Positions 18,350-27,777 of a stretch of DNA of 64,000 nt are shown piece by piece. Origin of the DNA: Bdellovibrionota bacterium (lineage in GTDB: Bacteria > Bdellovibrionota > UBA1018 > CAIPTA01 > JAALKR01); NCBI GenBank assembly GCA_965207455.1, contig CBDBMJ010000003.1:32001-96000 (forward strand), written 5' to 3'. Under the pieces are notes generated by a model. It saw nothing but the letters and a program-made list of their open reading frames with translations, made no database searches and was not told the origin of the DNA. Position 1 is the first letter of the stretch, and each line of letters begins with the position of its first letter. The translations under genes were made by a program, and so were the position numbers.

Positions 18350-19603
18350 ATGGTTTTCTTTATTTCTTTATTTTGCGCATCGCTCCTTTCCGGCGCGAGC
18401 TTCGCCTTAGAGCCCCCTCGCTATACTGTAAATCAACAGGAAGAGTTTTGGGTTTGGAATTTGAAGGTAATGCCCCCTGGGGACCGTTTGGTGCAAGCAA
18501 GAGCTACTGCTGTAGGCGATAGAAGCTATATTTTTGTGGAGAACGATTTATGGAAATCGGCCATATACCCCCAACAGGTAGAAAGACTCTTTCATCGTTT
18601 GGAGTCCGCAGGAAAGCCCAGTGGTTTCTTTCCACGCTTGGGTGTTCTTTCTGCCTTGGAAGCCCTATTTGCTCCTCTTCCCAAGATCGTCCGATCTGAC
18701 GAGAGGCTAGTGGTACTGCTAACCAACCTATATTCCTACAAAGATCACACATTCGATGGTTACTATAATGCCTTCGATCAATTGACCAAAGACATTGCTT
18801 ACGAGAAGTACAAGCAACAATCCAATGAAGTAAATATGATTTATATCGATTACCGAACCATGGGAGCGATAGACGATTTAGAGGGAGAGGAAATAACTGC
18901 TTCCATTATCGCCCATGAGTCCACTCATTTAATCGACGATGTTGCTGGCTCGTCTCCCCCTAGGGAGCATTGGTTTTCCGAACTACTCGGTGAGATGTCC
19001 ATGGTAGCTACAGGGTATTTTACGGATCAAACGCAAATAAATAAGTTTGCTCTGTCCCCTGAGAAGTTCTCTCTTTTGAGTAAATCCTATGTGCACTATG
19101 GGCCTCTAGCGCTATTTGCTGCTTATTTGATGGATCGTTTGCCTAAAAATAAAATAACTCCTCATATTCAAAAACTCTTTCATTCTACGCTAGATAGCAG
19201 GAAGACAGTGGAGCAAATGGTTCTTGAGTCCACAGGAAAGGCAGTGGCTTTTGATGACATCTACGGCGATTTTATCTCTTACCTATACACGACCTCCAAA
19301 CAGATGAACACCATACCCTGGGGACAGGGCTTTTATGTTCCCACGCTAAAACCAGTGGCCCGTGTGGACCACTACCCGTTTCATTTAGAGAGTTCCATAA
19401 GCCCGTACTCCTTTGCCATTATTGATTTAGATATACCTCCTACCGCAAGGGTGGAACTGAAAATAACTAAGCCCGCAGAGGGTGATTGTCCCTATCACTT
19501 GCGCTGGAAAAAACTTTCTAAAGCCATTGCGGTGTATGCCGTAGGTTGCACACCCGCATCGAAAAAATCTTCCATGGAATATACGCTTTCTATTTATGAA
19601 TAA
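18350..19603 (+). CDS. secreted zinc metallopeptidase-like protein
   Basis: Signal peptide; IIAHESTHLI (HExxH) followed by WFSELLGE. Confidence 0.7.
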   Translation: MVFFISLFCASLLSGASFALEPPRYTVNQQEEFWVWNLKVMPPGDRLVQARATAVGDRSYIFVENDLWKSAIYPQQVERLFHRLESAGKPSGFFPRLGVLSALEALFAPLPKIVRSDERLVVLLTNLYSYKDHTFDGYYNAFDQLTKDIAYEKYKQQSNEVNMIYIDYRTMGAIDDLEGEEITASIIAHESTHLIDDVAGSSPPREHWFSELLGEMSMVATGYFTDQTQINKFALSPEKFSLLSKSYVHYGPLALFAAYLMDRLPKNKITPHIQKLFHSTLDSRKTVEQMVLESTGKAVAFDDIYGDFISYLYTTSKQMNTIPWGQGFYVPTLKPVARVDHYPFHLESSISPYSFAIIDLDIPPTARVELKITKPAEGDCPYHLRWKKLSKAIAVYAVGCTPASKKSSMEYTLSIYE

Positions 19604-22409
19604 CAGGAAAAATATCTCTCTCAAGGGAGCAAGGCAGAATAACCTCAAAAATATCAATGCCGAAATTCCTTTAAAAAAAATAACCGTGGTGACGGGAGTT
19701 TCCGGTTCGGGAAAATCTAGCCTAGCGTTTGATACTTTATATGCTGAGGGTTCTTGTCGTTATATGGAAAGTATGTCTACGTATGCACGTCAATTCTTGG
19801 AACAAATGCCCAGACCAGATGTGGACTCTATCCACAATCTTCCTCCAGCAATTGCCCTGGAACAGCGAAATTCCATCACCAGTTCCCGCACCACAATTTC
19901 AGATATAACGGAACTGGCAGACCACTTTCGTCTACTCTTTGCTGCCATTAGCACACAGAGCTGTATTGTTTGCAAGCATCCCCATGTTGGAGTAAATACC
20001 GCAGAAAATCTTGTCTCCACCATAGAAAAGCTGCCCAAGAAAACGCGATTCTATATACTAGCTTCTTTAGATAATTTAGAAATACAAAGTGAAACAAAGG
20101 AGGACAGCCCGTTTCTGGGACAAAATCTTTACAAACGGGGCTTCCAGCGCCTGTTGGTGAATAATGAGGTGGTGGATCTATCGTCGGCAGAGGGACAAAT
20201 TTTTAATCCCAGCCAAATGGAAGCCTTTGTGATCGTGGATCGTTTGGTGATTTCAAGCTCCATGGAAGAGGAGCGCCCCCGTTTACTCGAATCCATTGAA
20301 ACTGCTTTTCTCTATGGCGACGGAAAATTGGAAATTCGATCCGCTGGAGGAGAAAGCATCCTCCGGGCCTCCCAGGGATATTCCTGCCTATCCTGTGGTC
20401 ATATGCATATTCCCCCCTCTCCCCCACTATTTTCTTCTAACTCACCCCTTGGTGCTTGCTCCACCTGCAACGGGTTTGGAGAAATTTTGGAGCTGGACGA
20501 AAAATTAATAATCCCCAATCCGGACGAAACCTTAGATAGGGGAGCCGTGGATCCTCTCCATAAACCCTCTTACCTCCATTGGGAAAAGGAAATGCTCCAA
20601 GCAATGGGCTATGCCTCCCGTTCGAGCTATTCGGACCTAACACCGGAGAAGAAAGCACTTCTTTGGGACGGGGATGAAAAGTTCGCAGGTATCCATAGTT
20701 ATTTTGAGCGATTAAAGCAAAAGCGCTACAAAATTCATGTGCGGGTATTTATACGAAGGTACCAGACTTTGCGTTTATGTGATTCTTGTACGGGAAGTCG
20801 CCTGTCCCCAGCCCCCCTAAGGTATAGCGTTCAAGGAAAGAGTATTGCAAATATTTTCGACTTAACCATTAAGCAATGCCTCCAATGGGCACAAGACCTT
20901 TCCCTTCCGAAACACGAACAGGAAAAAGCAAAAGAAATCATCTCTCAGATTAGTGCACGACTGTCCTTTCTTGAATCCTTAGGCATCTCCTACTTAAAAC
21001 TCAACCGTAAGGCCAATAGCCTATCGGGGGGAGAGTACCAGCGAATTTGTCTAGCCTCACAGTTAGGCTCAAAACTTTCCAATACCTTATATGTATTAGA
21101 CGAACCGTCCATTGGCCTCCATCCCGTGGACGTGGGCCGACTCATTAATGCCATCAAAGAACTTCGCTCCCATGGAAACACACTGGTGGTGGTGGAGCAC
21201 GACATGGAAATCATGCGAGCCGCAGACTTTCTCATTGAACTGGGTCCACAGGCAGGCGCCCAAGGAGGAGCTTTAATTTCCATCGGTACTAAAGATCGTT
21301 TTTTAAAAAACCGGAAATCCATTAGTGCCCGTTATATGTCGGGTGAATTAAAAATTCCCCAGCCCAAGAAGCGCAGAAAGCCCTCAGAAAAAGTACTGAA
21401 GATGACAAAATGTAGTTCGAATAATTTAAAAAATATAGATCTTGTAATTCCCCTTGGCACGTTGGTAGCTGTAACTGGAGTAAGTGGATCTGGAAAATCA
21501 ACCTTAATTCACGATACTTTTTATAAAGCGTTGGCAAAATTTGTGGGAAAGGAACCCATACCAGATAATGAAATGGGAAAGTTTAATGAAATTCATGGAA
21601 TGGAGAATATACAGGAAGTTTCCTTACTCAATCAAAAACCCATTGGTCGTAATATACGAAGTAATCCAGCCACGTATTTAAAAATTTACGACGAAATCCG
21701 ACGAGTAATGGCCATTCAACCCCAATCAGCTCGCCTCCACCTCACCCCCACCCATTTTTCTTTTAACGTGGACTCAGGCAGGTGTGAAAACTGTAAGGGG
21801 GAAGGGTTTGTGGAAGTGGATATGCACTTTATGGCAAACATGCGACTCACTTGTGAAGAATGCGACGGAAAACGATTTAAAAAACATGTGCTGGGTGTGC
21901 ACTATAAAGGGAAAAATATTGACGATATTCTCCACACCACCATTTCAGAAGCAAAAATATTTTTTAAAGATTTTCCCCTTATTGTGCAAAAACTAAATAC
22001 CCTAGACAATGTGGGATTGAGTTACCTCCAATTGGGGCAAAGCCTAAGCTCTCTTTCTGGAGGGGAATGCCAACGCTTAAAAATTGCCTCTACCATTGTC
22101 AACTCCTCCGCAAAACTAACCCATCAAATGCTCATATTCGACGAACCCACCACGGGACTCCACCTCCACGACATTCACCACCTAATAAAACTCTTCCACA
22201 CCCTAGTGGATAAAAAAAATACGGTGGTTTTTATCGAGCATAGCTTGGACATGATCGCCCAAGCGGACTGGATCATCGACCTAGGCCCCAAGGGAGGCGA
22301 CGAAGGTGGCGACATTATGGCACAGGGACCACCTGAGTCCGTCATCCGTGAGTCAAAATCTGTAACAGGAAAATTTCTAGCTCCATTTTTAAACAAAAAA
22401 AAATCCTAG
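19596..22409 (+). CDS. uvrA: excinuclease ABC subunit A
   Basis: Two GVSGSGKS Walker A motifs, LSGGE signatures, zinc fingers. Confidence 0.96.
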   Translation: MNNRKNISLKGARQNNLKNINAEIPLKKITVVTGVSGSGKSSLAFDTLYAEGSCRYMESMSTYARQFLEQMPRPDVDSIHNLPPAIALEQRNSITSSRTTISDITELADHFRLLFAAISTQSCIVCKHPHVGVNTAENLVSTIEKLPKKTRFYILASLDNLEIQSETKEDSPFLGQNLYKRGFQRLLVNNEVVDLSSAEGQIFNPSQMEAFVIVDRLVISSSMEEERPRLLESIETAFLYGDGKLEIRSAGGESILRASQGYSCLSCGHMHIPPSPPLFSSNSPLGACSTCNGFGEILELDEKLIIPNPDETLDRGAVDPLHKPSYLHWEKEMLQAMGYASRSSYSDLTPEKKALLWDGDEKFAGIHSYFERLKQKRYKIHVRVFIRRYQTLRLCDSCTGSRLSPAPLRYSVQGKSIANIFDLTIKQCLQWAQDLSLPKHEQEKAKEIISQISARLSFLESLGISYLKLNRKANSLSGGEYQRICLASQLGSKLSNTLYVLDEPSIGLHPVDVGRLINAIKELRSHGNTLVVVEHDMEIMRAADFLIELGPQAGAQGGALISIGTKDRFLKNRKSISARYMSGELKIPQPKKRRKPSEKVLKMTKCSSNNLKNIDLVIPLGTLVAVTGVSGSGKSTLIHDTFYKALAKFVGKEPIPDNEMGKFNEIHGMENIQEVSLLNQKPIGRNIRSNPATYLKIYDEIRRVMAIQPQSARLHLTPTHFSFNVDSGRCENCKGEGFVEVDMHFMANMRLTCEECDGKRFKKHVLGVHYKGKNIDDILHTTISEAKIFFKDFPLIVQKLNTLDNVGLSYLQLGQSLSSLSGGECQRLKIASTIVNSSAKLTHQMLIFDEPTTGLHLHDIHHLIKLFHTLVDKKNTVVFIEHSLDMIAQADWIIDLGPKGGDEGGDIMAQGPPESVIRESKSVTGKFLAPFLNKKKS

Positions 22410-22417
22410 CAGCCATA

Positions 22418-23182
22418 ATGATTCTACTAATCCTCTCTATCCTCACATCACTCATACCCTCCCCAACACTTGCCACCACCTTTGGCGAGATTCATCTTAC
22501 CCGTCAACTCCAAAGAGCTCCCCATATTGCTCGTGTGGGCATTGGCGAGCGAACCGTGGAAAAAAATCCCCAAGATAGACTAACCCATACCTATTGGGAA
22601 GCCTCTGTTTTGGAGGTGTTTAGTTCCCGTCCCTTAGAGGAGAACATTCGTATCCGTCAACCAGGAGGCATCATCGACGGTTCCGGTTCTCAAGTATTGG
22701 GTACAGCCTCTTTTACAGAGGGAGAGGAAAGCATTGTTCTGCTACGGGATACCAAGGAAGATGCTAAGGAACTGATTGGCCTAGCCTCAGGAAAGTACAC
22801 CATAACAAAAAACGCCTCAGGAAAAGAAATACTAAAAAGTGGATTAGGCGTTGTGCTGAAAAACCAAAAGAACCAAATTTTTCGCCTACAAGATTTTCGC
22901 AACCTTATGGAAAGAATAAAAACAAAGACTCTTACCCCAGGAGATAAATCCATAACCATTAACCTAGAGAAAACGCACCACAATCATTTAAATAATCACA
23001 AACCCCCCAGGAACATAGAAAGCTCCACTCCAACAACCTCCCAACCCCCTGAAACTCGTCAAAAAGATAGGGAAGAAAGAAAAGAAAGGGAAAACCCACC
23101 TTCTTTTTTTTGGTGGACTGTGGGCGCCCTACTCGCGAGTACCCTCCTAATCACCCTAGCCTTGAAACATTACCGTTCTTAG
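22418..23182 (+). CDS. hypothetical exported protein with C-terminal membrane anchor
   Basis: Signal peptide, IRQPGG motif, C-terminal TM. Confidence 0.7.
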   Translation: MILLILSILTSLIPSPTLATTFGEIHLTRQLQRAPHIARVGIGERTVEKNPQDRLTHTYWEASVLEVFSSRPLEENIRIRQPGGIIDGSGSQVLGTASFTEGEESIVLLRDTKEDAKELIGLASGKYTITKNASGKEILKSGLGVVLKNQKNQIFRLQDFRNLMERIKTKTLTPGDKSITINLEKTHHNHLNNHKPPRNIESSTPTTSQPPETRQKDREERKERENPPSFFWWTVGALLASTLLITLALKHYRS

Positions 23183-23214
23183 GGATATACTGTTTACATA
23201 GGGAGAAGAGGGAT

Positions 23215-23748
23215 ATGTCAAAATTTACTATACTACCCATACTTGTTTTTTTCATCACCCATAGCCTTTGGGCAAACTTTTCCCCTCGCACCGTGGTACC
23301 CGCCTCTAAGGGAAAATTTCAAAAATACCAAGTAGACGCAATCATTCGCGGGGGCTACGCCCTAGCCAAAAATAGCAAAATATCTAAAATTCGTTGGGCA
23401 AGAAAAAATGGCTTTGAACGCTTGGTACTGGAAGTAATATTGGAGGGCACAAAGCAAACCAACCGATCTCCACCCTACTTTCAAGTGGCCCTAGAACCAA
23501 ACAAGGGAAAGGTGAACCTGGGAATACGAAGCATAAAAAACGTGCTGTTTTCTCAAAAGGAAGTCCAGCGTATTGCACAGTCCAGTGGACTGATCAAGAG
23601 CGCCTACCTTGCACCCATGTTGCAGGATAAACTTGTGCTACTGAATCTACAAATGCAAGTACCTGTGGACGTTGAAGCCTTTTATTTAGTCAATCCACCT
23701 AGAATTGTGCTGGATATTCGAGCAAGAAAAACGACAACCCCACTATAA
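23215..23748 (+). CDS. AMIN-domain-like periplasmic protein
   Basis: FERLVLE...FYLVNPPRIVLDI; start moved to the RBS-preceded ATG. Confidence 0.7.
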   Translation: MSKFTILPILVFFITHSLWANFSPRTVVPASKGKFQKYQVDAIIRGGYALAKNSKISKIRWARKNGFERLVLEVILEGTKQTNRSPPYFQVALEPNKGKVNLGIRSIKNVLFSQKEVQRIAQSSGLIKSAYLAPMLQDKLVLLNLQMQVPVDVEAFYLVNPPRIVLDIRARKTTTPL

Positions 23749-23769
23749 CCCCACTATAACCCCAACTAT
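23736..23769. repeat. 3x 11-bp tandem repeat
   Basis: aaccccactat aaccccactat aaccccaactat at the junction with an AT-rich gene. Confidence 0.8.
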
Positions 23770-23780
23770 AAACCTACCGC

Positions 23781-24383
23781 TTAGTATGCTTCTTTAATTT
23801 GCTTAAAGTAATAGCAATATTTTTCGTCAGTTTTAGTTGAACCGAGCCAAAAGGGAAGAAATGAATCATATTTAGCCAGAAAGTACTCTGTTTCTTTCTC
23901 TGATCCTCGCTCTACTACTACTATCTTTTTTAAGTGAACTTCAATATCTGTCATATCCAAAAAAATAGCATAGCTTAAAACAAGGCTGTTATTTTCCTCT
24001 TTTGCAGACACCGCACGCTTATTTATAAAGTTTGTCAACTGTTCTATACGCCCTTCACTTTCTTCCATAAAACTCTCATAATAGCCTAGCTTATTAGAGA
24101 CTAAGGCTCCAAAGATGAGTTTATATTTATAACCGATGGTCTCAAGTCCAGCAAGTAGTGAAGGTATGGGAACTGCTGGGCGCTCAATATCAAAGCATCG
24201 TCCACTTCTCCAACCAAGAGCGTCGCCATCCTTTGCTGGGCTTGCCTTCTCAAAAACCTCTTCCAGTTTGCTGTAGCTCGCATTATCCATTGGACCCACA
24301 TCAGCTAATGACTCCTCACTCAGTACTCTAGCTACTGCTGGCACAGAAAATGCACATAAAAAAATCAGTATATAGTATTTCAT
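23781..24383 (-). CDS. hypothetical secreted protein (AT-rich)
   Basis: AGGAG RBS, signal peptide MKYYILIFLCAFSVPAVA. Confidence 0.78.
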   Translation of the reverse strand: MKYYILIFLCAFSVPAVARVLSEESLADVGPMDNASYSKLEEVFEKASPAKDGDALGWRSGRCFDIERPAVPIPSLLAGLETIGYKYKLIFGALVSNKLGYYESFMEESEGRIEQLTNFINKRAVSAKEENNSLVLSYAIFLDMTDIEVHLKKIVVVERGSEKETEYFLAKYDSFLPFWLGSTKTDEKYCYYFKQIKEAY

Positions 24384-24544
24384 TTTTTTGCTCCTTTTTT
24401 TTATTGCACACTAAAATTGCAGTATATATTATTACATAATATATTTAAATAGTCAAGTATTATTTAGCCAAACGAGTTAAAACTGCAACTTATTGTTTTT
24501 ATTAATTTAATTGAACAAGACAGGGGGAAAGACAGATTAAGAAC

Positions 24545-24895
24545 CTATTCGGATACAAAGGTACGCACTGCTATTCCACGAGCCGTAGTACGCAGGAAAC
24601 CGTTTCGTACTTGAAATTGAATAATAGCATTGGCACCCAGTAGGGCAGCTTCCTCTTGCAGAGAGGCTTTTGCATCGTCGCCGTCGCCCCAAACCATGGT
24701 ACTTACGGAAGCGAGGCGCTTGTATTGAATGGCAAGGTCTGCTTGAGGAGACACAATAACGGATTCTGGCTCTGTGGGCTCATAAACCTTCGTTTGCTTG
24801 GGAATAAAAAAAGTGGAGTAGGAACAAGCCCCCAAAAATAAAAACGACAATAAAAGCGGCAATAAAAAAATCAACCCGTATGTTCTATTCACCAT
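24545..24895 (-). CDS. lipoprotein, YbjQ/heavy-metal-binding-like fold
   Basis: LGAC lipobox; LQEEAALLGANAII...GIAV. Confidence 0.7.
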   Translation of the reverse strand: MVNRTYGLIFLLPLLLSFLFLGACSYSTFFIPKQTKVYEPTEPESVIVSPQADLAIQYKRLASVSTMVWGDGDDAKASLQEEAALLGANAIIQFQVRNGFLRTTARGIAVRTFVSE

Positions 24896-25220
24896 ATTGA
24901 ACCGCAATTCCTTTCACATGAAGCGTGGGAAAAATATCTAGGGAATAATCTATGGACACGTTTACCACGGCGTCAGCTCCCAATTCCGCAGCCTCTTCTT
25001 TCAACGCCTCTACTGCCCAAACTCCACTAGTACCCAAACGAACAGTGGATAAAATAGCAAATGGTCGCGACCTCACAGGGGGAGAACCTAAATATATCAT
25101 AACGTCTCTTGGTCTCTTAGGAACGGAGAAATCCTCGTCCACTAAAAAAACTGTGGTTGTGTTGGCACAACTTGTGCACATTATAGCAACAAAAAATAAA
25201 AACCTAAAACGCATACGCAA
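24885..25220 (-). CDS. lipoprotein, paralog of the adjacent gene
   Basis: TSC lipobox; LKEEAAELGADAVV...GIAV. Confidence 0.7.
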   Translation of the reverse strand: MRMRFRFLFFVAIMCTSCANTTTVFLVDEDFSVPKRPRDVMIYLGSPPVRSRPFAILSTVRLGTSGVWAVEALKEEAAELGADAVVNVSIDYSLDIFPTLHVKGIAVQYGE

Positions 25221-25947
25221 TCGCCAATCCTGGAAAACTTTCTAAAACAGTCTCGTGACTAATATACTCTATAATTAAAGACCAGCCCCTATAAATTTTT
25301 GCTTCAATGCCACCTCCAATGATCATACCAGCCACACCTTCTTGCAATGTATCCATCCTAAGAGCAAACTCCCCCCCCAATAAAATAAAAGGAGAAACCG
25401 ACAAAGGAATCAAATGATAGGTGAGAAAAAAACTGCCCACAAACTTCTGCTCCTTCACCTTGGGGTGAAAAAATCGAGAACTGGCAGCAATACCCATTCC
25501 CAAGCGATTGAAGTTATGGGTCATAAAAGCTCCCACACCAGGGGTGCGCCCCTCCCCACTAATGGCAAAAAGGTTGGAGCGATACCCTTTTCTACCTAAA
25601 ACAGGATGACGATAGGCTTTATTGGGCTGCAAATCCTCTGCCAACTGTGCCTCCAGCTTTGTGAAATCAATATTTTCATCAGGCCTGTGGGTTCTTCTTT
25701 TCTTCAGAAGCGTGCCGTCGTCCAGATCTGAAGTGGAATCCAGCGGTTCTGAGTCTAAGCGTTCTTCTGGTGAACCGGGTGATGGGGCTTCATCTGTGGT
25801 TTCATCTCTAATGTCATCTGTAGCTTCATCTGTGGTTTTATCTGTGGCTTCTTCCCGTCCCAAGCCCTGAGCGAAAACCGTTCCAACCCCTAATCCAAGG
25901 TACAGGCACACCAAGCCAAAACCCATCCATTTTCCATAGAACTTCAT
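25204..25947 (-). CDS. outer-membrane beta-barrel-like protein
   Basis: Signal peptide, acidic linker, C-terminal AYAF. Confidence 0.65.
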   Translation of the reverse strand: MKFYGKWMGFGLVCLYLGLGVGTVFAQGLGREEATDKTTDEATDDIRDETTDEAPSPGSPEERLDSEPLDSTSDLDDGTLLKKRRTHRPDENIDFTKLEAQLAEDLQPNKAYRHPVLGRKGYRSNLFAISGEGRTPGVGAFMTHNFNRLGMGIAASSRFFHPKVKEQKFVGSFFLTYHLIPLSVSPFILLGGEFALRMDTLQEGVAGMIIGGGIEAKIYRGWSLIIEYISHETVLESFPGLAIAYAF

Positions 25948-26099
25948 ATATGTTTAGGTTAACAGAAATAGAAAAAATATTTATAGAAAAGGGCTGTTCC
26001 TGCTAGGCAGTCAATTCATTAAAGAGCTGGCTGCCATAACAAGGAATTTATATAGGGTCAGCGAAGAGCTCGTTTTTTCTTCGTAAATACTGTAATATC

Positions 26100-26350
26100 G
26101 CCAACGTTTACACAACCGTAAGTAACTTCCAATGTCCATCTATCCCGAGAACTATTTTGACTATGGAAAAAGTTTTTATTTTCTAGACGCTCCCACTCTG
26201 AAAAAAAGAACTCAATCCCTTTGTCCTGAAAAGCGAAATGGACAAAAAACTAGACCAGCTTTTTTTATTATTGCAGCAGTCTAAGAATGGAAAAGCGGCA
26301 TGATTTCAACGCGATGCTCCTTGGTGCGTTTTCATTATGAGTCAATACGA
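26100..26350 (+). pseudogene. possible decayed transposase 3' end
   Basis: Fragments NFQCPS, LDAPTL and ELNPFVLKSEMDKKLDQLF (26208-26303) in different frames resemble the C-terminus of integrase-core transposases as I recall them. Confidence 0.35.
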
Positions 26351-26442
26351 GGCTTTCCACAATCGGCTAAATTATCATCTTTTTTCATTCGGGGGTGTTT
26401 CCATGGTGCTATTCAGAGTATGAATAGAGAAAAAGGAAAAAA

Positions 26443-27777
26443 ATGGACAAAATTTCCACAAGTCCTCTTTCAGGATTTCGAGACTTTCTACCTCAGGAAA
26501 GTGCTGCTCGCGCTTGGGCACTGGATACTATTGCAAAGGCCTATGGTGCTTATGGCTTTCAGCCCATCATAACTCCCAGTTGTGAGCGTTTGGCGACCCT
26601 TCAGGGAAAGGGTGCTGGTCAGGAGAATGAGCATCTTATTTTTAAATTACAAAAGCGGGGGAGGTCGTTGGAAAAGGCTTTTACCCAGGCGACGCCTGAA
26701 AATTTAGACACTCTCAGCGACATGGGCTTGCGCTTTGATCTCACGCTCTTACTAGCGCGCTATTATGCCCATTTTCAGCTTCCTCAGCCCTTCAAGGTGT
26801 TTCAGTGCGGGCCTGTTTGGCGTGCCGAGCGTCCACAAAAGGGAAGGTATAGGGAGTTTTTTCAATGCGACGTGGATGTTCTCGGAAGCGCCTCCATAGG
26901 AGCAGAGGTGGATTGTTTGCAAGCGATTGCTCTGGCCATGCACCAGATGGGTATTGGCAAGGTGGAATTTCATCTCAATGATCGACGTCTTTTGGATGCC
27001 TTGGGCACAAATCTGGGTATTCCTCCTGATCAGTGGACGGGTGTACTGGTAACAATGGATAAGTTGGACAAGATAGGAATCGACGGTGTGACCCAGGAGT
27101 TGGGGAAAAAAATACCGAAGCCAGAAAAAATTATTAGCGCCTTTACTGGTCGCAAGACTTTAAGGGAATGGAGTGAAATTGCCCCCACAGCGGTTGACAG
27201 TCTTGGGGAGATTTTTGCCTGCTTGGAGCCGACTCTAACTGAAAAGGATCAGTCCCTTCACTTTTCTCCCACTCTGGTGCGTGGGCAGAATTATTATACG
27301 GGAACGATTTTTGAAATTCGCAAGCCTTCCCTAGGTTACTCCCTTGGCGGTGGTGGGCGCTATGATCGACTGCTGGAGTTGTTTGACGTTCCTTCCACAC
27401 CGGCGTTTGGCGGCAGTATTGGTTTTGAGAGGATAATCCCCCTTTTGTTGGAGAGCAAAGACAAACCTTTCGTGCTTCCCACGCCCCAAGTTTTCTTTCC
27501 TCTCTTTTCCTCAGGCCTCTATGGAAAGGTGAACGATTTGGCAGAAAAATTGCGCAAAAAGGATATAAGCGTAGATGTATTTCCCGATGCCGTGAAGCTC
27601 AAGCGACAGTTTCGGTATGCAGAGGCACGGGATATTCCCTATGTGGCTAGTATTGGTGAGAGTGAGTTAGACCAGGGGACAGTTACATGTAAGAATATGA
27701 AGACAGGCAAGGAAGAAACAATGGATGAAAGTGCATTTATTATAGAAATGGAAAAAAAATGTCGAAACAACCGTTAG
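26443..27777 (+). CDS. hisS: histidine--tRNA ligase
   Basis: GFRDFLP, LRFDLT, RAERPQKGRYREFFQCD, GGGRYD. Confidence 0.97.
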   Translation: MDKISTSPLSGFRDFLPQESAARAWALDTIAKAYGAYGFQPIITPSCERLATLQGKGAGQENEHLIFKLQKRGRSLEKAFTQATPENLDTLSDMGLRFDLTLLLARYYAHFQLPQPFKVFQCGPVWRAERPQKGRYREFFQCDVDVLGSASIGAEVDCLQAIALAMHQMGIGKVEFHLNDRRLLDALGTNLGIPPDQWTGVLVTMDKLDKIGIDGVTQELGKKIPKPEKIISAFTGRKTLREWSEIAPTAVDSLGEIFACLEPTLTEKDQSLHFSPTLVRGQNYYTGTIFEIRKPSLGYSLGGGGRYDRLLELFDVPSTPAFGGSIGFERIIPLLLESKDKPFVLPTPQVFFPLFSSGLYGKVNDLAEKLRKKDISVDVFPDAVKLKRQFRYAEARDIPYVASIGESELDQGTVTCKNMKTGKEETMDESAFIIEMEKKCRNNR

